Below are positions 1 through 14,862 of a DNA stretch of 64,000 bases, piece by piece (positions within the stretch are counted from its first letter, which is position 1; the number at the start of each line of letters is the position of its first letter). This DNA is from Octopus vulgaris. Lineage: Eukaryota. The stretch spans positions 33,170,001-33,234,000 of the forward strand of contig OX597830.1 in assembly GCA_951406725.2 (NCBI GenBank), read 5' to 3'. The translations under genes and the position numbers were made by a program. The notes below the pieces were generated by a model. The model was not told the origin of the DNA. It did no database searches and saw nothing but the letters and a program-made list of their open reading frames with translations.

Positions 1-319
1 GCAGATTGACCCTAGGACTTATTCTTTGTAAGCCTAGTACTTATTCTATCAGTATCTTTTGCCAAAACGCTATGTTATGGGGATGTAAACACACCAGCAT
101 CAGTTGTCAAGCGATGTTGGGGGGGACAAACACAGACGCACAAACATATACACACACACATATACATATATATGATGGGCTTCTTTCAGTTTCTGTCTAC
201 CAAATCCACTCACAAGGCTTTGGTCGGCCTGAGGCTATAGTAGAGGACACTTGCCCAAGGTGCCACACAGTGGGACTGAACCCGGAACCATGTGGTTGGT
301 AAGCGTACTACTTACCACA
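1..319 (-). mobile_element. tRNA-derived CORE-type SINE (family A, octopus OR-like), cut by window edge
   Basis: Reverse complement matches the full copies at 14863 and 61254 (B-box GGTTCAGTCCC, CORE-like CACCTTGGGCAAGTGTC, internal TA/TG run). Confidence 0.85.
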
Positions 320-497
320 ACGATAAAATTTCAAATTTTAGCATAAGAACAGAAAAATTAGGTAGGGGTAAGCGATTACATTAACCCCAGCATTCAACTG
401 GTACATATGTTAATTAAAAAGCGGAAAGCAAAGTCGAACTTGTTATGTGATCTAATTTTGAACTCAGAATGTAAAGACATACAGACTGCTGCTACAC

Positions 498-640
498 AAC
501 TGGTACTTAATTTATCAATTCTGAAGGGATGAAAGGCAAAATTGACGTTGGCAGAATTTGAACTCAGAATGTAAAGACAGACAAAATGCTACTACTCATT
601 TTGTTTGGTGTGCTAATGATTCTGCCAGCTTGCAGTGCTA
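498..640 (-). mobile_element. SINE family B fragment (a second remnant lies at about 336-480)
   Basis: Reverse complement of the CTTTCATCCTTTCGGGGTCGATAAA..AAGTACCAGTT module seen at 8408 and 15715. Confidence 0.7.
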
Positions 641-643
641 GAA

Positions 644-774
644 TAACGATAATAATAATGATGATGATAATAATAATAATAATGGTATTAATAATAATAA
701 TGATATTAAATATAATAATGATAATAATAATAACAATGATGATAATAACAATAACAATAATAATAATAATAATG

Positions 775-822
<48 letters not shown>

Positions 823-875
823 TTAATAATAATAATGATAATAATAATAATGATAATAATAGTAATAATAATAAT
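644..875. repeat. (AAT/GAT)n microsatellite
   Basis: Direct reading; explains the poly-Ile ORFs. Confidence 0.95.
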
Positions 876-1584
876 CCCTTCTAGCACAAGTACAAGGCTG
901 ATCCAATACTATTATCAGGGTGGTGAATAATAACAATTAACAATAATAATAAAAATGATGATGATTATGATCATGATGAGTAGGAGGAGGAGGATTTCTA
1001 GCTTTGGCACATGGCTATAAATTTGTTGATAAGAGGCATAGCAAAGATTAAATGAAAGAAAAGACAAAATTAGCATCAATACAATTTGAAGTAAAATAAA
1101 AAAAAAATCATTAAAACAAAATACAAAATTAACATCAATATTTTACCATTTCTAATCTTAACAGCATTAGAATAATTAATATTGGTTTTTTAACATTGGC
1201 AGAAGGCCAGAAATTCATACTGGAAGAACATAAAAAGAAGAGCCCCCCCCAATCAGTTCATGGGATTGTTCTGGGACTGGATTATGAAGTGATTTGAACG
1301 CAGAAAGTAAAGTAATTTTAGTTTTTGAAAGATCAAACTATTTGTTGTATCTGTATTTACCGATAAATCCAGTGAGTTTTGCGTCTGATTCTTTTTTTTT
1401 TGCTCACCCATACCCTTAAATGTATTCACTTTTTCTCTTTTATTTTCAATGGTATCGAGTTTTGTCTTGATCAACTCAAAGATCCAGTTTGACCTTTAAC
1501 GAGCAAGTCTACTTAGTCTTTTATCTATGGATAGATGTTTTATTTTCCTTGCTTAGCTGCGTATACATACACATGCATCTGATT

Positions 1585-2970
<1,386 letters not shown>

Positions 2971-3169
2971 AAAACCACTAAAACCATATAAATAGTTACC
3001 CATTTTCTTTACTTCTTAAATTCAAATTTTAAAATTATACAAGATGCAGTGACTACTTATAATGTTTTCCAGTTTATAACTGGTTTGACTACGTATCCCC
3101 CCTTAGCAAGATACCTGTTCCAGTCTCCATATCATATTTTACCATCTTCCCACTTCCATCAATTAAATA

Positions 3170-3546
3170 CACCTGCTTAATTGAGGAATCTTGTCATGCT
3201 AGTTTTTTGGTGACCTCACAGGTGCTGGTGCCATATAAAAGGCAGACAGTACGCTCTGTTGAGTGGTTAGCATTGGGAAGGCTCACCCAACGATAGAAAC
3301 CATACCAAAGCAGAAATTGAAGAATCTTGTCATGCTAGTTTTTTGGTGACCTCACGGGTGCTGGTGCCATATAAAAAGGCAGACAGAACACTCTGTTGAG
3401 TGGTTAGCATTGGGAAGGCTCACCCAACGATAGAAACCATACCAAAGCAGAAATTGGAGCTTGGCACAACTTTTTATCTCACCAGATCCTGTCAAGCCAT
3501 CCAGTGCAGGCCAGCATGAAAAACAAACATTAAATAGTGATGATGA
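3170..3546 (+). mobile_element. RTE-type LINE 3' UTR fragment with an internal 136-bp tandem duplication
   Basis: GAGTGGTTAGCATTGGGAAGG..GCATGAAAAACAAACATTAAATAGTGATGATG resembles the 3' end attached to the RTE ORF at 39002-39690; GAATCTTGTCATGC starts at both 3186 and 3322. Confidence 0.7.
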
Positions 3547-3929
3547 AAATGAGCAGGCAGTTCTTCTTTCCAAAATGTGTTACAAAATATTTATTTACAT
3601 TATTCAGTGGAGGTGGGCACCTTAAAGTTTTGATGATTTAGATGTGACTAAGGTTCAGAGACATTTAAATCTTTTTTTTTTTTTTCCAGTGGAACTTTAT
3701 ATAGAAGCGGAACTTACATTCTAGCAATTACACAAAAGATCATTGCCTGCCTGTTAGCTGGCTTACCAGCCAACCAGCCTGCCTACCTGCTTGTCTCTTT
3801 GTCTTTCTGTCTGTCTGTGATTCTCTCTCTCTCTCTCACTCTCTCTCTTTTCTTCCTTAAAGATCTATTAGTCTGTAGAGGAGCTGTAATACATACTTTT
3901 GAATGTTTCATAGCAGTAGGGTATAGGAA

Positions 3930-4290
3930 TAATTGTATCTCATTAGCAGAGTTAATAATGTTTAATATGAATTGTTGCTGGTTTACAGATGGAGATAGAA
4001 TTTAGGAAGAATACAATTTGAAGAACTGAAGAGTTTACACAAGTGTTTAGCATGGAATCTTGGAGGTGAGATGCAGCAGAAGAGGTGTGATGGGGCAAAA
4101 AGATGAGGGTGTATTTAGTGGATTTTACTGGGATATAAAATGAACAAATTTAAAGGAGCAGAGATTGTTGCAGTCAAAGACGGAATTGTAACACAACGGT
4201 GGAGTATGTTGATGAGCGAAGGCTTGCCTTTCAGGCAGGCAGATTTCTCTTGGATTCTGTGTAGTATTTGCCTGGGGCATGTACCCTCTA
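3930..4290 (-). pseudogene. Heavily decayed CR1/jockey-group LINE ORF2 C-terminal remnant
   Basis: Frameshifted minus-strand translation (ILHRIQEKSACLKGKPSLINIL..NNLCSFKF..PRFHAKH) resembles the post-RT region of CR1/jockey-like LINEs. Confidence 0.35.
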
Positions 4291-4359
4291 ATCAATGAAA
4301 GCAATAAGTTGTTTTCTTTATTCTGAGAGAGAGAGAGAGAGAGAGAGTGAGAGAGAGCT

Positions 4360-4578
4360 TTCATTAACAACACTAACAATGGCAGCAACAATAACAACAG
4401 CAACAACAATGACGTCGATGACAACAACAAGAGGAGCAATAATAACTGTGGAACTCATGACGATGATGGTAAGGAGGGTGAGAGGGTCATGAATGTTGAT
4501 AATTATCTCGACAATGACGATAATGAGGAGAAAGAGATGAATGACGATACTGCTTTGGTACAGACGATGATAATTATG

Positions 4579-4641
<63 letters not shown>

Positions 4642-4798
4642 CTAATGATGATGATTGCAATAATGAGAACTAAACACGACGACGACGACGACGACGATGA
4701 TGATGATGGCGACGATGTTGATGATAGCAATAATCAGTAGGAACTGAATGGCTAATGATGGCAATGATGATGATGATAATGATGATGATGATGATGAC

Positions 4799-4832
<34 letters not shown>

Positions 4833-4880
4833 GTAATGATAATGACACCAATGAAAATAGTGATGTCAATGATGATAACA
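4360..4880. repeat. Degenerate (GAT/GAC/GCT)n triplet region
   Basis: Direct reading. Confidence 0.9.
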
Positions 4881-5149
4881 TAGAATTGTTCTCTGAGAAT
4901 TTTGAATACAAATAAATGGCAATAATTTGGTTTGGTTTCTTGTTTCTGGTTCTTTTCGCTTGATTTACGCCCTCGGTGCACTGTTCTTCTTGTGTTCTTG
5001 CTGTCTTTCAGATTAGCATAACCGATAGAAAGATAACTTCCTTAGTCTTCCTGAAAGGTTATCTTCACTAATTCCACAACGGCCTTGACTTTTCAGTTCA
5101 TGGAATGTCAACCATTTTGTTGCCAAAATGATTCTCTCGTATATTCTTT

Positions 5150-5170
5150 CTCATTCTATCTTTCTCCTTA

Positions 5171-5203
<33 letters not shown>

Positions 5204-6390
5204 GTCACATTGTCTCCCTCACTCTTTTTATCACACACACTGTCAACCTCTCTCTTTCTATCACATTGTTTATCCTCTCTCTTTCTCTCCCTCCCTCCCT
5301 ATTTCTCTCCCTCCCTCCCCATTCCCCTCTCTCCCTCTCTTTTCCTCTCTCTCTCTCTATCTCTCTATTGTCTTCTCTCTCTTTTTCTCTCCCTCTCTTT
5401 CCCTATCTCTTTCTCTCCCTCTCTCTTTCTCTCTCTCCCTCATCCTCCCTCCTGCTCTCTACATTTTTCACCTCTTTCTTTCTCTCTCACCATCTCTCTC
5501 TCTATCACATTGTCACCACACTCTCTCTTTCCCTCTCTCCCCCTCTCTGAATATTGTCACCTCTTTCTCTTCTTACTCTTCTGTTTACCTACCTGTTTGT
5601 CTGTCTTTTTCTTTCCCTCTCCTTCTTGCTCTTTTTCTCTCTTTTTTCTCTCTCTCTGTTTCTCTCTCTCTCTATTTCTCTCTCTCTCTCTATTTCTCTC
5701 TCTTACTTTCACTTTCTCTCTCACTCTCTTTCTCTCTCTCTCTTCTTCTCTCTCTTTCTCTCTGCCTACCCGTTTGTCTGTCTTTCTCTCTCTCTCCTCT
5801 CACTGTCTCTCTCTCTCTCTCCTCTCACTGTCTCTCTCCTCTCTCTTTCTCCCTCTCTCTCTCTTCCCACTCTGCCTGTTTGTCTGTCTTTCTCTCTCTC
5901 TCTCTTTCTTTCTCTCTCTCTCTCTTTCTTTCTCTCTTTCTTTCTTTCTCTCTCTCTTTCTCTCTCTTCTCTCCCTTTCTGTCTACCTGCCCGTTTGTCT
6001 GTCTTTCTCTCTCTCTTCTCTCTCTTTCTCTCTTCTCTCTTCTCTCTTTTTCTTTTCTGTCTCTTTCTGTTTGACTACCTGTTTGTCTTTCTCCCTCTCT
6101 CTTTCTCTCTCTCTTTCTCTCTCTCTCTTCTCTCCCTTTCTGTCTGCCTGCTCATTTGTCTATCTTTCTCTCTCTCTTCTCTCTCTTTCTCTCTCTCTCT
6201 TCTCTCTTTCTCTTTCTCTCTCTTCTCTCTTTCTGTCTGCCTGCCTGTTTATCTCTCTTTTTCTCTCTCACTCTTCTCGCTCTCTCTATTTCTCTCTCTC
6301 CCTCTCTCACTAATCACTACTTATCCTCTCATCTATTTCTGTTTTCTTTTCTCCACTTTTCTATGTCTATCATTCTTTTTCTCTTCTTTG
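5150..6390. repeat. 1.2-kb (CT)-rich polypyrimidine tract with an interspersed ~25-bp motif
   Basis: Mostly C/T; CTGCCTRCCYGTTTGTCTGTCTTTC-like motif recurs near 5581, 5762, 5872, 5980, 6066, 6141 and 6233. Confidence 0.9.
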
Positions 6391-6394
6391 TAGC

Positions 6395-6498
6395 AGCTCA
6401 TAGCTTAGTGCTTAGGACATTAGACTCATGATCATAAGATTCTGGATTCAATTCCTGGACAGGACTTCATTTCACATTGCTCCAGTCCAATCAACTGG
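6395..6498 (+). mobile_element. SINE family C 5' fragment
   Basis: TAGCTTAGTGCTTAGG A-box-like, GGATTCAATTCC B-box-like, CACATTGCTCCAGTCCA shared with the 38332 copy. Confidence 0.55.
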
Positions 6499-6499
6499 T

Positions 6500-7143
6500 A
6501 TCATCATCATCATCGTTGTCGTCATTTGACGCCTGCTTTCCATGTTGACATGGGTTGGACAGTTTGACTGAGGACTGGCAAGCCAGATGGCTGCACCATA
6601 CTCCAATCTGATCTGGCAGAGTTTCTACAGCTGGATGCCCTTCCTAACGCCAACCACTCTGAGAGTGTAGTGGGTGCTTTTACATGCCACTGGCACGAGA
6701 GTCAGTCAGGCAGTACTGGCAACGGCCACGCACAAACGGTGTTTTTCACGTGCCACCTGCACAGGAACCAGTCCAGCAGCACTGGCAATGACCTTGCTCA
6801 AATGTTTGTTTTCCACACGCCACAGACGCAAGTGCCAGTAAGGCGACGCTGATAACAATCATGCTCAAACGGTACTTTTTATGTGCCACTGGCATGGGAG
6901 CCAGTCAGTGGCCCTGGCAGGGATCATGCTCGGATGGTACTCTTAGTGCTCCACTAGCACGGATGCCAGTCATGCAGTGTTGTCCTCGAATTTTATTTCG
7001 ATTTCACTTGCCTCAACAGGCCTTCACAAGCAGAGTTTAGTGTCCAATGAAGGAAAGGTACTCATAAGTGGGCTGGTTACACCACTTGCATAGGCCATGG
7101 GTTATCGTCTCACTTGGCTTGCTGGGTCTTCTCAAGCACAGTA
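6500..7143 (-). mobile_element. RTE LINE 3' end with about 5 hairpin repeat units
   Basis: (CAT)n tail, CAGCTGGATGCCCTTCCTAACGCCAACCAC and CTCACTTG..GGTCTTCTCA, all collinear with 39002-39690. Confidence 0.85.
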
Positions 7144-7358
7144 TATTACTAACTGGCTGACGGTTAGTAAGGAGAGACACACAAATAAGAAAGAAGAAAG
7201 CAAAAGACCACTGATGTGGTGACAGGAGTGTGACGAAAGAACTCTGGCCGAAATAAGATTAAATTTAATGTAAAAAATAAATAACACTGAAGCAAAGTAA
7301 CACCAAATATATAGTGCGTGTGTTTTTATTGTAAACTCAAATATATACAACAATGTGT

Positions 7359-7389
<31 letters not shown>

Positions 7390-7401
7390 AATAAAGCCTG
7401 T

Positions 7402-7666
<265 letters not shown>

Positions 7667-7789
7667 GTGTATACTGTTTATATTGACGATCGTTTATCTT
7701 TTACTTGTTATTTGGTTCAGTCATCACTAGACTGTGGCCATGCTGGGGCACATCCATGAAGAGTTTTTAATTGAATGAATCTAACCCTA

Positions 7790-7950
7790 AATGCATAGCG
7801 GTATTTCATCTGTCTTTACGTGCCGAGGTCAACTTTTGCCTTTCATCATTTCAGAGGCAATAAATTAAGTACCAGTTGCATACTCGGGTCAATCTAATCG
7901 ACTGGCCCTCTCCCCAAAGATTTCATGCCTTGTGCCTAGAGTAGAAAAAA
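7790..7950 (+). mobile_element. SINE family B, truncated
   Basis: Collinear with 8445-8620. Confidence 0.75.
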
Positions 7951-8231
7951 ATATTTAAATATTCTACAGAAGTAATTCGTACTCTTCACATTTAACATTG
8001 TTATTGCCCAACAATATGAAACAAATATATGACACAAAGTTCACACAGCATATTTATCACCTTTCATCCGTTCAGGGTCGATAAAATAAGTACCAGTTGG
8101 GCACTGGGCTCAATGTAACTGTCTCATCCCCTCCACTAAAGTTGCTGCCATTGTGGCAAAATTTGAAGCCATCATCATCATCATCATCATTATCATCATC
8201 ACCATCATTATTATTATTATTATTATTATCA

Positions 8232-8283
<52 letters not shown>

Positions 8284-8294
8284 CATTATTATTA

Positions 8295-8373
<79 letters not shown>

Positions 8374-8407
8374 TGATAATTATTATTATTGTTACTGTTG
8401 TTTTAAA

Positions 8408-8622
8408 GGTAGCAAGCTGGCAGAAACGTTAGCACACCATGTAAAATGCTTCGTGGTATTTCGTCTGTCTTAACGTTGTGAGTTCAAATTCTGCCGAGGT
8501 CGACTTTGCCTTTCATCCTTTCAGGGTTGATAAATTAAGTACCAGTTGTATATTGAGGTCGATCTAATCGACTGGCCTCTCCCCAGAAGTTTTGAGCCTT
8601 GTGCCTAGAGTAGAAAAGAATA
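8408..8622 (+). mobile_element. SINE family B, near full length (tRNA-like head, Meta/MESC-like central domain)
   Basis: AGCTGGCAGAAACGTTAGC head, GAGTTCAAATTC B-box, GACTTTGCCTTTCATCCTTTCAGGGTTGATAAATTAAGTACCAG; homologous to 15715 and 24964. Confidence 0.8.
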
Positions 8623-8782
8623 TTAGTCTGACATTTCTAACTTCATTTTTTTAGTTTATTTTCTGAATTTTTGGTTACATTTTTATGAGCGGTACTTTTA
8701 TCAGTTTCATCTATTTCTAAATATTTGTTATGAATGGAATTGGACTAATTCTTTGTCTGTATCTAATTTAATGATTTTAGAT

Positions 8783-8919
8783 TCATCATCATTATCATTA
8801 TCGTTGTCGTTGTCATTGTCGTCCTTATCATCACCATCATCCTCATCGTCATAATAATCACTATCATCGTTGTTGTCATTATCCTCATCATTGACGTTGT
8901 CACTGTCATCATCATCTTT

Positions 8920-8956
<37 letters not shown>

Positions 8957-9940
8957 CCACCATCATCCTCATCACTGTTGTAGATAACATCCTCTTCCTA
9001 TTCCTCCTCCTCCTCCTCCTCCACCATTTCATCACTATCATCCTCCTCCATATAATCATCAGCATCATCATCATTGTCATTGTCACCCTTCTCCTCCTTT
9101 TCTTCACCACCACCACCACCACCACCACTACCACTACACATACCACCATCATCATCATTACCATCACCAGCATCATCATCATTGTCTTTATAGCAGTTGT
9201 CATTGTCATTATTGTAATCATCATAATCACCATCACTGTCGTCATCACCTTTATTGTCGTCATTGTTGTCATCGTCATCGTCGTCGTTGTCATCATCATC
9301 ACCATCATCATCATTATCATCATCAGCATCATCATCTCATCATCATCATCACCATCATCATCATCATTGTCATCATCATCACCATCATCATTATCATTAT
9401 CACCATCGTCATCGTCATCATTATCATCATCAGCTTCATCATCATCATCATCATCTCATCATCATTATCGTCATCATCACCATCATCATCATCATCATCA
9501 TTGCCATCATCATCATTATCATCATCAGCTTTATCATCATCATCATCATCTCATCATCTCATCATCATCTCATCATCATTATCATCATCATCATCATCAT
9601 CTTCATCATCTTCATCGTCATCATCAGCATCATCATCTCATCATCATCACCATCATCATCATCATCGTCATCATCATCACCATCATCATTATCATCATCG
9701 TCATCGTCATCATTATCATCAACAGCGTCATCATCATCATCATCATCTCATCATCTCATCATCATCTCATCATCATTATTGTCATCATCACCATCATTGC
9801 CATCGTCATCATTATCATCCTTACCATCATCATCATCATCATCATCTCATCATCATCATCATCACATCATCATCATCATCATCATCATCATCATTACTAT
9901 CATCATCATAAGCGGCGTCATCATCATCATCATCATCACC
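8783..9940. repeat. Degenerate (CAT)n array, about 1.15 kb
   Basis: Direct reading; source of the poly-His/Ser/Ile/Met ORFs. Confidence 0.95.
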
Positions 9941-10967
9941 TGTTTATAGTTTACATTTGTCAGTAAATGGTTCCATTTTGATTTCCTTTCTTTGTTTCTG
10001 CAACAGCGGATGGAATAGCAGAGGAGGAAATAGAAATAAAGAAGGTGTCCTCTGCATGCGGACGTGCATGTACGTGTGCATGTTTATGTATGCATTTGTG
10101 TTAGTATGTGTGTATGTGTGTGCATGCATTTTCTTGCATTGTGTTGTTTGATGGCTTCTATCATTCTGTCAGCCTATTGTTTTTTCTTTTAGTTTTTTGT
10201 TTCCACGATTGATTTTTCTTTTTTCTATATTCATGTGTATACATGCATATGTATAATTTAATTTCAATTGTGTATTATTTTTTTGTCAAATCAAAAAGTT
10301 TGTTATGAAAATTTAAACATTTGTTTAATTTCACGGGGTGTTTTTTTTTAGTTTCTTTTTTTAATTTTTATTTATAACTTTGCTTATTTTTTTGTTGTTT
10401 GTGTGATTCACTAAAATATACATTTACTGCCCATTTATTTCAAAAGAAATCAGATTGCATAAAGTTTTATCCTCTTCACCACTCCAATTGTTCTCCCTGA
10501 CCACCTAAAAAAAAAAAAAATACCACACACACACACGCACACACACACAGAGCTACACACATGCGAGCACACTTGGATTTGCACTCAAAAGCTAACTTAT
10601 AACAACACCACAAGAATTGAACATAAATTAGGTTTCCTCGCCAAGTCCTAGAATATTTTTCTGTCAGAGCAATTAAGTGACTATTCAAAAGAAGTCATTG
10701 GCATTGAGTTGGGTGGGGTGGTGGTGAAACTATTGTTATCAATCTGAATGAGAAGTACAAAGAATAATTTTCATCACCAATTTTCTTTCAACAGAATCTC
10801 AAAAGATATTGTATGGAAACATAATTTGTGAAAAATTTATTTTAACTGTGTTGTTTCCTTAGAAGAAAGCAAAATTATAAATACCACCCTTTTAACGAGG
10901 TGAAATATTCATTTTTATATGTGTGTGTATACACGCATACGTACATGCACATATACATATATACATT

Positions 10968-11048
<81 letters not shown>

Positions 11049-11815
11049 ATGTGTGTGTATATGCATGCGTACATATGCATATATGTAAATACATATATAT
11101 TTACACACAAGCACACATATACACACACACATATCGGGCCACGAATGTATTTGCACATGTATAATTACAAATTTTTCATTGTGTATAAGGCATAATTATA
11201 GATACATATGTCTGTGAATTTGTCTTAATGTACACCAGCAATTATAGGTTTATATATCTGCATGGTGACACATTATATGCATACATATATACATACAAAC
11301 ACATATATATATATAAATATATATATACATTTACCGTCCATATATATATATATTTACCGTCCAACCCATGCTAGCATGGAAAGCGGACGTTAAATGATGA
11401 TGATACACACACACATATACATATGTACATATATATAAATACATATAAATATATGCATATGCATGTATGTACACATGTATGTATATACTGACCCCACCCC
11501 CCACTTACATAAATATACTCATACAGGCATATATGTTTACAAATATACACACAAACGTACACATATGGATACAATTTTGAAGTAGGTTTAGTAAGAAGCT
11601 ATGTTGTTTCATTATTGCATTCATTTCTCTGTTAATCCCACTTGTAGGGCCTACAAGTAGAGACCGACCGCTTCCACAGAAGATACCGTGGTTTAGCAAC
11701 ATCATGGCACAGCTAATGCTGTCAGCACAAATTGCCTAGAAGTGGTGGTGCTTTTAAATTGTTCCATTGATCAATCACTGTAACCATTAGCAATGCTGTT
11801 GACATTTTCGATTCT

Positions 11816-11911
<96 letters not shown>

Positions 11912-11960
11912 ATGTATGTATACACATACATACACACACACACATATGTATATGTATATT

Positions 11961-12359
11961 CTCTTACTTGTTTCAGTCATTCTTCGACTATGGCCATGCT
12001 GGAGCACCACCTTTAGTCAAGCAAATCGACCCCCAGGACTTATTCTTTGTAAGCCTAGTACTTATCATATCAGTCTCTTTTGCCGAACCGCTAAGTTATG
12101 GGGATGTAAACACACTGGCATCGGTTGTCATGTGATGTTGGAGGGACAAACACAGACACATACACAAACATACACACACACACACATGCACACACACACA
12201 CACACACAAATATGATGGGCTTCTTTCAATTTCTATCTAGCAAATCCACTCACAAGGCTTTGGTATGCCTGAGGCTACAGTAGAAGACGCTCGTTGAGTG
12301 GGACTGAACCCAGAACTATGTGGTTGGGAAGCAAGCTTCTTACCACACGGCTATACCTG

Positions 12360-12360
<1 letters not shown>
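11961..12360 (-). mobile_element. SINE family A, near full length
   Basis: Collinear reverse complement of 14863-15262 with a small deletion in the CORE part. Confidence 0.9.
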
Positions 12361-12393
<33 letters not shown>

Positions 12394-12514
12394 GGGAATA
12401 ATTACTGTGAAGCATTGTGTAGAATATATTGAATAAAAGATTGTGGGTAAAGCCAGTACAATGCAAAATAAATGCAAGGAAAATAACAAGAAAACAAATA
12501 TGTGAATTAATGTA

Positions 12515-12566
12515 GACTTACCTTGTATTCAATATTTCGGGGTTATGACCCCATTTTCAAGAAATT
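12515..12566 (-). ncRNA. Degenerate hammerhead-like motif
   Basis: Minus strand CTTGAAAAT-GGGGT-CATA-ACCCC-GAAA-TATT: perfect stem II followed by GAAA, non-canonical 5' core. Confidence 0.3.
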
Positions 12567-12939
12567 GGTGAATGTTGTTGATGTATGTGTGTGTGAGCGT
12601 GTGTGGAATGGACATATGCATATTGCCTATATTAACTATTTCTAGTCACTGAGTAATTTTTTTTTATTTTATGTTACACATTTTGTTGTTTAACTCAACA
12701 TCTGTCATCATTCAAATAAGTCCTGCCATGACTATCCTGTTCATTTGTCTGAAATAATGTATCTAGAGCTAGATTATCCAACATGTAATTAAAGAGATGT
12801 TTAACTGCTATTTCTAGCAGATTCAGTACCTTATAGAGGTTCCTTTGTAGTGTTATCTGTGTAGATGTTGATTATTATAATGACTGTAGTGGTAAGGCTC
12901 ATCGTCACTATTTTCATTGTTATTGTTGAAATAATGATG

Positions 12940-13120
12940 GTCAGAAGCTTGCTTCCCAATCACATGGTTCTGAGTTCAGTTTCACTGTATGACATTTTAA
13001 GCAAGGATATTCTATGAAAGCCACGGGTCAACCAAACCTTCATGAGTGGATTTGGCAGATGGAATCAGAAAGAAGTCTGTCATATTTATATAAAGTTGCA
13101 GTCATGCTGGAGCACCACCA
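12940..13120 (+). mobile_element. SINE family A, old and internally deleted
   Basis: AAGCTTGCTTCCCAATCACATGGTTCTGAGTTCAGT..GAGTGGATTTGGCAGATGGAA. Confidence 0.7.
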
Positions 13121-13860
13121 TTGGCTGTGCCTTCATAATTTTGAAACCTCCTCTGATATATGGCATTTTATGAATGAGGGAATTTGATGCTGCTGCCCTC
13201 ATCTCAGTTTCTGGATGTGAAGTCGGCTCATCTGAAACCTTGTCGAGAGGAGATCCAGTTTTGTTTTAAAGACACATTCACACCATGCAGGTCTCTCAGG
13301 CATTTTGGAAGGATATCGAAGAGCTTTGGGCCCTTGAAATGCAAGCTGTTGCAGTATCTGGTCTTGTATTTTGATGGTGATGCTGGGATCTTTGGCAGAG
13401 ATTGGCCACAATAAAGCCTGTGACTTTCCTACCTAACATGATGGTGTCTAAATGAAGAGAGATCTGGCTGCTATTTCTAGCAAGGAATGTGACCAAATAA
13501 AGCCTGCTTCATTGGTTCAATGCACTGGCTATATTGTATATAGCTTGAAGCTTCATTTTACTGTATTCAAATATGGTGAGTATTTACTTTGCCTTTGGTG
13601 CCATTAACATAAATGCATATTAAGTTTGATTCAATTAATTACAATTCTTCGCTTTATAGAACTGGTTGTAAGAAGCTATCATTAATAAGGCTGTTGTTTG
13701 GTTCATGGTTTAGAAACTTTATTTACTAAATTAGCATTCACATTGAAATGTAAAATAATCCACAAATATTGGGTGAAGCTTAAATGAATTCATAGGATTT
13801 CCCAGTATTGTATAGCTATCTGAGCAACTCTGATCAATATATATATATATGTGTGTGTAC

Positions 13861-13958
<98 letters not shown>

Positions 13959-14030
13959 GTATATATATCTCTCTCTCTCTCTATATATATATATATTAGA
14001 AGGTTTGGAAATGATGTACAGTTATTATAT

Positions 14031-14263
14031 ATTAGAAGAAATGAGGTACTCAGAAATCTGGATGGTTTTATATTTACAGATATTTATTTGTACGTTACAT
14101 GTTTTTATACATCATATATCATATATCATATATTAACGCTTTCGTCCATTCTAGTGGAGTCTTCAAATTGAACTGGTTGAAATGTATAAAAACATGTAAC
14201 ATACTAATAAATATCTGTAAATATCAAACCATCCGGATTTCTGAGTACCTCATTTCTTCCAAT
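14031..14263. repeat. Fold-back element: 82-bp inverted repeat arms around a 69-bp loop, in a TA-rich context
   Basis: 14031-14112 versus the reverse complement of 14182-14263 shows 5 mismatches by eye. Confidence 0.9.
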
Positions 14264-14862
14264 ATATATATATATATATTATATTGTTATATTTTCGAAT
14301 GGTCATTTCTTTTCTTGCTAAATAAATACATGCACTACATAGTCGTTTTACACTTTGGATTTATTATTTTTCTCATTTTATGTCCTTTGTTTGCAAATCT
14401 TTTGTCACACCTCCTGTGACCTCTTCAGTGACTCTCCATCTCATGTGTCTCCTTCTGTTCTGCTTAGTTCATTCTGTCTTTCTATGGTGCATCCTTAACC
14501 TGTGCATGCGTTTACATATGTATTTGTGTGTGTGTGTGTGTGTATGGCTTTACATATTATACTGTTTGTATCTGCTTTCTCCTTTCCCTCTTTCTGTCTT
14601 TAGTTGTCATTGTGTAGTGTTGGTGGTTCTAGGTGTTATTCTTTTATTCGTGTTCTCTGTTAAGGCTCAGTCTGCCTATTACTATGTGTGCCCTCTCTAA
14701 CCTGTCTAAGTGTTGTGTTTGTGCTATGAGTTAACAGTACTTTAACATCTATGTTATTAACCAAGCCTCTATGTTCTAATTGAACATGTTGGTAGAGCAC
14801 TGACGAGCTTTTCTCCACATATATAATATTATGTAAGAACAGATTATAATAAATATTAATTA

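Noticed and set aside
6-302. Recurrent ORF peptide DGLLSVSVYQIHSQGFGRP..PCGW
   Set aside because: Antisense translation of SINE family A, not a gene family.
5011-5056. Plus-strand acceptor (ctgtctttcag) with a short open frame
   Set aside because: Only a weak donor (G|GTTATC) and no supporting homology.
10425-10504. Minus-strand acceptor followed by a Myb-like WSGEEDKTLCNL peptide
   Set aside because: Frame stops after 26 codons, no good donor, no remaining Myb helices; likely chance.
14798-14830. CTGACGAG hammerhead half-core
   Set aside because: No stem II or GAAA follows.
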